NCBI GenBank assembly: GCA_020061305.1
Contig: JAGUYM010000014.1
Location: 117,920 to 181,919 of the forward strand
Length of the DNA stretch: 64,000 bases
Source of the DNA: Candidatus Woesebacteria bacterium
GTDB lineage: Bacteria; Patescibacteriota; Microgenomatia; UBA8517
Direction of reading: 5' to 3'
This document shows positions 57,679-64,000 of this stretch, piece by piece. Numbering within the stretch: the first letter of the stretch is position 1; each line of letters opens with the position of its first letter. The translations under genes were made by a program, and so were the position numbers. The notes under the pieces are model-generated. The model did no database searches. It was not told the DNA's origin and saw only the letters and a list, made by a program, of their open reading frames with translations.

Positions 57679-58842
57679 ATGGTAACGAATAACGATTATA
57701 TTAAAAAATTAGAGCAGGTTTCTAAAATGACTGCTGATGAGGCCAAAAAAGCACTTCTTGAGGAGGTCCAAAAGGGATTAACTTCAGAAATTGCTAAAAG
57801 AATAAGACAAGCTGAAGAAAAGATAAAACTTGAAGCCCACGAAAAATCGAAAGAAATCTTAGCAGATAGTCTAAAACATGGTGTTACTTCATTTGTTGCA
57901 GAGTATACAGTTTCTTCAATCACAGTTCCAAACGAAGAAGTAAAGGGAAGGATAATTGGTGCTGAAGGAAGAAATATTAGAGCTTTTGAAAAAGAAGCAG
58001 GAGTGGAGATTTTAATTGATGAAACAAATGAAATTAGGATATCAAGTTTTGATGCAGTCAGGCGCGAAATTGCCAAGAGAGCACTAGAAATTTTGATAAA
58101 AGACTCAAGAATTCAACCTTCAAGAATTGAAGAAGTCTTAAAACAGGTCAAGATAAATATGGAAGACGTACTATTGGAGGAAGGTAAGAAGGTTGCAGAG
58201 GAGTGTGGCGTTTATAATCTTCCTGTAGATTTGGTCAAATTAATTGGAAAGTTTAAATTCAGAACTTCTTATGGTCAAAACTTAGGACATCACACGATTG
58301 AAGAAACCAAAATCGGTGTTGCAATTGCTAACGAAATCGGAGCAAAAGTAGACACTGTTCGTTTAGGATGCTTGCTTCACGATATTGGAAAAGTTGTAAC
58401 TGACGAAGAAGGAAATCATGTGGATGTTGGAGTAGCAACACTTAAGAAATTCGGCATGCCGAAAGAGGTAATTGCTGTTGTCGCCGAACATCATGAAGAT
58501 AAGCCATTTTCTTCAATTGAAAGTTATGTCGTTTGGATTGCAGATGCGGCATCTGGTTCAAGGCCTGGTGCAAGGTATGAACCACACGAAGGTTATGTTA
58601 AAAGAATGGAAAAAATCGAGAATATTGCCAAAAGTTTCGAAGGTGTTGAACAGGCATTTGCATTCCAAGCAGGTCGTGATGTAAGAGTTTTTGTTAATCC
58701 TAAAGAAATTGACGATGATGGATTAACTGTTTTGGTTCATGATTTGGTCGGAAAACTTGAAAAAGAGGCTGAATACGCAGGCCAAGTAAAGGTTACGGCT
58801 GTTCGAGAAGTTAAGGTGGTTGACACAACTAAAGCCAAATAG
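57679..58842 (+). CDS. rny: ribonuclease Y (coiled-coil + KH + HD), lacking the usual N-terminal transmembrane anchor
   Basis: KH GRIIGAEGRNIRAFE; HD motif LGCLLHDIGK; no hydrophobic N-terminus. Confidence 0.85.
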   Translation: MVTNNDYIKKLEQVSKMTADEAKKALLEEVQKGLTSEIAKRIRQAEEKIKLEAHEKSKEILADSLKHGVTSFVAEYTVSSITVPNEEVKGRIIGAEGRNIRAFEKEAGVEILIDETNEIRISSFDAVRREIAKRALEILIKDSRIQPSRIEEVLKQVKINMEDVLLEEGKKVAEECGVYNLPVDLVKLIGKFKFRTSYGQNLGHHTIEETKIGVAIANEIGAKVDTVRLGCLLHDIGKVVTDEEGNHVDVGVATLKKFGMPKEVIAVVAEHHEDKPFSSIESYVVWIADAASGSRPGARYEPHEGYVKRMEKIENIAKSFEGVEQAFAFQAGRDVRVFVNPKEIDDDGLTVLVHDLVGKLEKEAEYAGQVKVTAVREVKVVDTTKAK

Positions 58843-58858
58843 TATATTACAAACTGTA

Positions 58859-59134
58859 ATGACAAAAAGAGAATTAGTTGACCAAGTCTCAAGAAAGGCT
58901 CATTCTACAAAAAAAGGTGTTGAAGAAGTAATCGATGTTTTCCTCTCAGAAATTGGTAGAATTCTTTCAAAAGGAGAAAAAGTGGTCCTTTCTGGATTTG
59001 GAACTTTTAGGGTAATTTCAATGAAAGGAAAAACTGTAAAAATTCCAAAAACTGAAAAACTTGTAACAATTAAAACTCACAGAGCTCCCAAATTTACTCC
59101 TGGCAAAACCCTCAAGAGACAGGTATCAAGGTAA
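58859..59134 (+). CDS. hup: DNA-binding protein HU
   Basis: MTKRELVDQVS...GFGTFRV...R.PKTG-like arm; start trimmed to the ATG at 58859. Confidence 0.85.
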   Translation: MTKRELVDQVSRKAHSTKKGVEEVIDVFLSEIGRILSKGEKVVLSGFGTFRVISMKGKTVKIPKTEKLVTIKTHRAPKFTPGKTLKRQVSR

Positions 59135-59204
59135 GCCAGACAAATGTTATTGCGAACCACATGGCGGGTGTGGTAATCTCTTGTTTTAGATTGTTTCGCC
59201 GCAA

Positions 59205-59240
59205 CAGCTACTCCCAATAACACCGATAGCTGTTTTTATT
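59205..59240 (+). terminator. intrinsic terminator downstream of hup (CAGCTA-16 nt loop-TAGCTG + TTTTTATT)
   Basis: 6-bp stem and U-tract at 59233-59240. Confidence 0.45.
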
Positions 59241-59280
59241 CGTGTCATTAGTGTCGTATAATGAAAATGGATGTAATAAA

Positions 59281-60264
59281 ATGGATAAGGCGATTGTTGT
59301 CGATAAACTCGTTAAAAATTTTGTTGTAACTGAAAAAGAAGCAGGGTTTGTGGGGGCATTGTCTTCAATATTTCATCCCGTTAAAAAAACTGTTGAAGCT
59401 TTAAAAAATATAACTTTCACAATTCAAAAAGGAGAACTGGTTGGGTTTATTGGCCCCAATGGTGCAGGCAAAACTACAACAATGAAGGTTCTTTCAGGCC
59501 TAATTCATCCCGATTCTGGTTTTGTATCAGTAATGGGACATGATCCATGGAAAAAATCTGGAAAATATTTAAAAAACATATCTCTTATAATGGGTCAAAA
59601 AAATCAGTTATGGTGGGATTTGCCTGTTATTGATTCATTGGAATTTAATAAGGCAGTTTATCAAATAAAAGATTCAGATTATGAAAAAAATCTAAGTAGT
59701 TTAGTCGAAATTTTAAAAATAGGGAATCTTCTTAAAACCCCAGTTAGAAAATTATCACTGGGGCAAAGAATGAAGGTTGAATTGGTTGCAGCTCTTATTC
59801 ATAACCCCCAAGTTTTATTTCTTGATGAGCCAACAGTTGGCCTTGATTTAGTAGCTCAGCAAGCTTTGAGGGATTTTATCTTTGAATATAACAGAAAAAA
59901 CGAGTCAACTGTTCTTTTAACCTCCCATAATATGGCTGATTTGGCAGATTTATCAAGAAGGGTGATTGTTATAAACGAAGGGAATATTGTTTATGATGGC
60001 CTACTTGAAAAATTGACTAAAAAATATGCGCCAAATAAAATTATAAAAGTTCTTTTTGAAAAAGAAGTAAGCTTGGAAGATTTACAAAAAATTGGAAATA
60101 TTGATAAATATAACTATCCTGAAGCAGTTATTTCTGTTCCCAGATCAACGATATCATATGTAGCTTCGGAACTTTTACAAAATTTTGATGTAATTGATAT
60201 CGATATTGAAGAGCCACCAATAGAAGATGTTATAAGGCAAGTGTTTGAGACAAAAGATTTTTAA
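59281..60264 (+). CDS. ABC transporter ATP-binding protein (ABC-2 type exporter)
   Basis: Walker A GPNGAGKTT, signature LSLGQRMKV, Walker B LFLDEPT; start at the ATG at 59281 is preferred (ORF track 59242 abuts the terminator). Confidence 0.85.
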   Translation: MDKAIVVDKLVKNFVVTEKEAGFVGALSSIFHPVKKTVEALKNITFTIQKGELVGFIGPNGAGKTTTMKVLSGLIHPDSGFVSVMGHDPWKKSGKYLKNISLIMGQKNQLWWDLPVIDSLEFNKAVYQIKDSDYEKNLSSLVEILKIGNLLKTPVRKLSLGQRMKVELVAALIHNPQVLFLDEPTVGLDLVAQQALRDFIFEYNRKNESTVLLTSHNMADLADLSRRVIVINEGNIVYDGLLEKLTKKYAPNKIIKVLFEKEVSLEDLQKIGNIDKYNYPEAVISVPRSTISYVASELLQNFDVIDIDIEEPPIEDVIRQVFETKDF

Positions 60265-61069
60265 AAGCATGCAAAAGTATATTTCTATTTTTAGGATCTC
60301 ACTTCAGCAGGAATTTATCTACAGATTAAATTTTATAATGTGGAGGGTTAGAAATATTATTCAAATATTAATTTTTTTCTTTCTTTGGGATTCGGTGTTT
60401 AGAGATCATCATCAAATAATTTTTGGGTATTCAAAAGAAAAAATTTTAACTTACGCATTTTTACTTTTATTTGTTAGAGCTTTTGTGATGTCGTCTCGTT
60501 CAAATGACGCAGCGGGTCAAATTGCAAATGGAGATTTATCAAATCTACTTCTGAAGCCATTAAATTTCTTCAAATATTGGTTGACAAGAGATTTGGCAAG
60601 TAAGTTTCTTAATTTAATTTTTTCAAGTTTCGAAATTGCAATATTGTTTTTTTTATTAAGACCTGACATTTTTATTCAGTTTAATCTATTAAACTGGTTA
60701 TATTTTGTTTTAGCAACACTTATTGCGATATTTATTTTTTTTAATATTTTAATGCTAACAAATTTTGTTCCATTTTGGGCTCCAGAAACTGCCTGGGGAG
60801 CACAGTTTTTGATAATAGTTATTATCACTGAATTTTTGTCAGGTGCATTTTTCCCCCTAGATGTGTTTCCGGAGGTGGTATTTGATATATTAAAATTTAC
60901 GCCTTTTCCATATTTAATTTATGTTCCAATTAAAATTTATTTAGGTGCTGATATAAGTTTTATTATTCAAAGTTTTGCAATTTCTGTTTTTTGGTCAATT
61001 GCTTTATGGAAAATAACCAATTTAGTTTATCAAAAGGGATTAAAAGTTTATGAAGGAGTTGGAAGATGA
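60245..61069 (+). CDS. ABC-2 family transporter permease
   Basis: 6 TM helices; overlaps the ATPase gene. Confidence 0.75.
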   Translation: MRQKIFKSMQKYISIFRISLQQEFIYRLNFIMWRVRNIIQILIFFFLWDSVFRDHHQIIFGYSKEKILTYAFLLLFVRAFVMSSRSNDAAGQIANGDLSNLLLKPLNFFKYWLTRDLASKFLNLIFSSFEIAILFFLLRPDIFIQFNLLNWLYFVLATLIAIFIFFNILMLTNFVPFWAPETAWGAQFLIIVIITEFLSGAFFPLDVFPEVVFDILKFTPFPYLIYVPIKIYLGADISFIIQSFAISVFWSIALWKITNLVYQKGLKVYEGVGR

Positions 61070-61860
61070 ATAAGAGAAAATTAAAATTTTACATAAAAAT
61101 TTGGTCAATAATGGCTAGGAATTCGTTTTTATCATGGTTAAATAAAAGAAGTACTCTTTTGATATTCATAACAGGGAAACTAATTCGTTATGCTTTTTCA
61201 TTTGGGTTTTTATATTTTTTGGTTAAAAACACCAATGGTTTTGGTGTTTTCAATGCAAACCAAGCCTTGTTTTTTGCCATAACCTTTTTATTTATTGATA
61301 CATTGGGTCAGCTGTTTTTTAGAAATGTTTATACATTTAGGCAATTAGTGGTTTCAGGAGACCTTGATATGGTTTTGGTAAAACCTGTAAATCCGCTATT
61401 CAGAGTTTTATTGGGTGGCCCTGATGTTATGGATTTAATTACTCTTCCACCAATTTTATTTGTAGTAATTTATATTGGTTCCCTTCTTGAGCCATCCATA
61501 CTACATACCATATTCTACATATTGCTAGTTCTGAATAGTCTTATAATATCTGCTTCAATCCACATTTTTGTTTTGGCAATTGGGATAATTACTTTAGAAA
61601 TTGATCATACGATAATGATTTTTAGGGATATTTCCTCAATGGGCAGAATTCCAATAGATTTATATAAAGAGCCATTAAAAAGCCTTTTAATTTTTGGAAT
61701 CCCAGTGGGGGTAATGATGACAATTCCTGCAAAAGCTATGATGGGAATAATATCTTTTTGGGGTGTGTTTTTCTCAATAGTTTTTGGAATTTCTTTATTT
61801 TATTTATCACTGCAATTTTGGAATTTCGCCCTAAAGAAGTATACTAGTGCCAGTAGTTAA
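61066..61860 (+). CDS. ABC-2 family transporter permease (second subunit)
   Basis: 6 TM helices; 4-nt overlap with the previous permease. Confidence 0.75.
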   Translation: MNKRKLKFYIKIWSIMARNSFLSWLNKRSTLLIFITGKLIRYAFSFGFLYFLVKNTNGFGVFNANQALFFAITFLFIDTLGQLFFRNVYTFRQLVVSGDLDMVLVKPVNPLFRVLLGGPDVMDLITLPPILFVVIYIGSLLEPSILHTIFYILLVLNSLIISASIHIFVLAIGIITLEIDHTIMIFRDISSMGRIPIDLYKEPLKSLLIFGIPVGVMMTIPAKAMMGIISFWGVFFSIVFGISLFYLSLQFWNFALKKYTSASS

Positions 61861-62836
61861 AATGAAAAATAAGCAAAGATTGATACTTCGTAATAAACTT
61901 CTGGTAATTGTGGGGGTGACGGGGATGGGTAAGACGAAATTAGCCCTCTATCTTGCCCAAAAGTTTAATGGTGAAATAATTTCAGCCGATTCAAGGCAAG
62001 TCTATAAATACATGGACATAGGAACTGGTAAGGAATGGGGGAGTATTCACATACATGGATATGGCTTAGTTGATCCAAGAGAAAATTATAGTGTCTATGA
62101 TTTTTTTAAGTTTGGAAAAGCTACAATTGAAAATATTTGGTCAAGAAATAAACTTCCAATACTTGCTGGTGGCACTGGATTATATATAAAGAGCATTGTT
62201 GACGGAATTCAGACAATTGATATTCCCAAGAATGACAATTTAAGGATTGAGCTTGAAAAATTATCAACAAAAGAACTATTTGAAAAACTCGCAATACTTG
62301 ATAGCAGTAAAGCCGCCTCAATGAATTTGTCAGACAAAAATAATCCCAGAAGATTAATAAGGGCAATTGAAATAGCTACATGGAATATTGAAAATGGAGT
62401 TTCGTATAAAGAAATTGAAAAAAGAAAAGAAGTTTTAAATAAAAATGTTTCAGTTTTGATAATTGGATTAACTGCGCCAATTGAAAGAATTAATCAAAGA
62501 ATTGAAAAAAGAATTGAAGAAAGACTGAACAATGGATTTATTGATGAAATTGAAAATTTATTAAAAATGGGAGTTTCTTGGAAAAATCAATCTTTGAAAT
62601 CAATAGGATATAAAGAAGCAGAAGAATTTTTAAAAAAGGGGTTGGGATTTGAGGAGTTTATTGAAAAGTGGATAAAAAGCGAAACAGATTATGCCAAACG
62701 GCAAATAACTTGGTTTAAGAAGAATAAAAAAATATTATGGTTTGATATTTATAATAGAAATTATCCCAAGGATGTGGAAAGTGTAGTTAATAAATGGTAT
62801 TATTCTAATATTAATACAGATGACGAGAAAGGTTGA
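61847..62836 (+). CDS. miaA: tRNA dimethylallyltransferase
   Basis: P-loop VIVGVTGMGKTKLAL, DSRQVYKYMDIGTGK. Confidence 0.88.
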   Translation: MPVVKMKNKQRLILRNKLLVIVGVTGMGKTKLALYLAQKFNGEIISADSRQVYKYMDIGTGKEWGSIHIHGYGLVDPRENYSVYDFFKFGKATIENIWSRNKLPILAGGTGLYIKSIVDGIQTIDIPKNDNLRIELEKLSTKELFEKLAILDSSKAASMNLSDKNNPRRLIRAIEIATWNIENGVSYKEIEKRKEVLNKNVSVLIIGLTAPIERINQRIEKRIEERLNNGFIDEIENLLKMGVSWKNQSLKSIGYKEAEEFLKKGLGFEEFIEKWIKSETDYAKRQITWFKKNKKILWFDIYNRNYPKDVESVVNKWYYSNINTDDEKG

Positions 62837-63794
62837 AATTTCACATAAAACAATAATATTTATCGCCGTTTTTATTGCCTCCTTGTGGTTTTTATATCTT
62901 ATTCGTGATATTGCACTTCAATTTTTTATAGCCCTTCTTTTAATGACAATTTTAAACCCTTTTATTGTCAGACTTTCAAAATTTAAAATTCCAAAAGCTA
63001 TATCAATTCTTTTTTCCTATGTTTTGTTTTTTGGAGTTTTAGGCTATGCAATTGCATCGATAATTCCCGCCTTAGTCGAACAGACAACCAATCTTGTTAA
63101 TAGTTTCCCTCGCTATATGCAAAATTTGGGACTGCAAAATTATTTGAATGATAATATAAATAGTGAACTAATTGCTCAGTTGGGCGCAATTCCGAGTCAA
63201 ATAATAAAGATTGTATTCTCACTTTTTGGCAATGTCTTAAGTATCTTAACTGTTGCCATTTTTGCATTTTATCTCCTTCTTCAAAGAGACAAATTAAGTG
63301 AAAGCTTAGCTTATATGGTAGGTGATGACAGGGCCAAAGGATTTACAAAATTTTTGGACAGCTTGGAAATTAATCTAGGGGGATGGGCTAGAGGTCAGTT
63401 TTTGTTGATGTTTTTAATTGGTCTTTCAACCTATATTGGACTGTTACTATTGGGTATTCCATATGCACTTCCACTTGCAATGTTTGCAGGAGTTTTTGAA
63501 ATTATTCCTTATGTCGGGCCAATTATTGCAGCGGTGCCAGTTGTAATTTTAGGCTTTAGCATTTCTCCATTTTTAGGACTTGCAGCATTGGGCTTAACAA
63601 TTCTAATTCAACAATTGGAAAATTATGTGTTTGTCCCAAAAATAATGGAAAAATCAACAGGGGTACCACCAGTTATTACACTTTTGTCACTTGCAATTGG
63701 TTATGAATTTGCAGGAATTGTGGGGATGATAATATCAGTTCCAATTGTAGTAATTCTTCAAACTATCCTGATTCACAAATACGGGAAAAACTAG
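62820..63794 (+). CDS. AI-2E family transporter (PerM/UPF0118)
   Basis: 8 TM segments, AI-2E family architecture. Confidence 0.75.
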   Translation: MTRKVEISHKTIIFIAVFIASLWFLYLIRDIALQFFIALLLMTILNPFIVRLSKFKIPKAISILFSYVLFFGVLGYAIASIIPALVEQTTNLVNSFPRYMQNLGLQNYLNDNINSELIAQLGAIPSQIIKIVFSLFGNVLSILTVAIFAFYLLLQRDKLSESLAYMVGDDRAKGFTKFLDSLEINLGGWARGQFLLMFLIGLSTYIGLLLLGIPYALPLAMFAGVFEIIPYVGPIIAAVPVVILGFSISPFLGLAALGLTILIQQLENYVFVPKIMEKSTGVPPVITLLSLAIGYEFAGIVGMIISVPIVVILQTILIHKYGKN

Positions 63795-63802
63795 AGCGAT
63801 TT

Positions 63803-63811
63803 TGGTATAAT
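63803..63811 (+). promoter_or_regulatory. extended -10 promoter (TGgTATAAT) for RNase P RNA
   Basis: places the transcription start ~7 nt downstream, at the GAAGC that begins the RNA. Confidence 0.5.
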
Positions 63812-63817
63812 ACACTT

Positions 63818-64000
63818 GAAGCATATTAATAGGTGGGACAATTGCTCCGTTTTTTTGGCGGAGAGGAAAGTCCAGGCAGTAGGAAACAGGGTGTTCCGTC
63901 GCAAGGCGGGAGGGTTCGGTATAATAACCGGACGACAGTCAGAGCAACAGAGACGATAAATATGAAACGGGCAATCCTCCCCACTGCAACCTCCGAATTA
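63818..64000 (+). ncRNA. rnpB: RNase P RNA (bacterial type), 5' portion; continues past the window end
   Basis: starts GAAGC; contains the P4 consensus GAGGAAAGTCCAGGC, then ...ACAGGGTG... and CAGTCAGAGCAACAGAGAC, matching universally conserved RNase P RNA regions. Confidence 0.8.

Noticed and set aside
1-64000. Search for CRISPR arrays, rRNA, tRNA genes, IS elements, integrases and long repeats
   Set aside because: No repeat-spacer arrays, no rRNA-like stretches, no convincing tRNA cloverleaf candidates in the intergenic regions examined, and no transposase/integrase-like ORFs. The only repeats are short intergenic motifs reported as findings.

Overview
This 64-kb window comes from an AT-rich, genome-reduced bacterium that looks like Candidate Phyla Radiation (CPR)/Patescibacteria. 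Evidence: no L30 gene between rpsE and rplO, a truncated L18, short IF2 and AlaRS, RNase Y without an N-terminal membrane anchor, and sortase plus type IV pilus genes. Most of the window is conserved housekeeping operons. On the minus strand at the 5' end sit a pilN/pilO-like cluster, a sortase-substrate surface protein and rpsT. On the plus strand follow murJ and hrcA-grpE-dnaK-dnaJ with a CIRCE operator in the hrcA promoter. Next come nusA, infB, an NrnA-like DHH protein, rpsO and pnp. A tight cluster of a protease-less Lon AAA+ module, a small metallophosphoesterase and a family-4 UDG follows, then rnj, ftsK, a RodZ-like gene and alaS. A PilM-like membrane protein is translationally coupled to a sortase, followed by ruvX and mltG. 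The rest is rpoB-rpoC, rpsL-rpsG, fusA, tuf and a complete S10/spc/alpha ribosomal cluster (rpsJ through rplQ, including rpmC and rpmJ that are missing from the ORF track). After that come rplM-rpsI, recA-recX-rny-hup, an ABC-2 transporter, miaA, an AI-2E transporter, and the 5' part of RNase P RNA at the window end. Things that stand out: (1) an AT-rich two-gene cassette on the opposite strand inside the otherwise invariant str operon between rpsG and fusA; (2) a Lon AAA+ module cleanly lacking both its N-domain and protease domain; (3) a promoter, short leader and intrinsic terminator between rpsJ and rplC, with similar terminator-like hairpins in the tuf and rpoB leaders; (4) a recurring CTAATT motif in tandem arrays just upstream of several start codons; (5) several apparently leaderless mRNAs; (6) a sortase plus a substrate carrying a TPETG-type sorting signal, and a PilM-like fusion protein. 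No CRISPR arrays, rRNA/tRNA genes or obvious mobile elements were seen.
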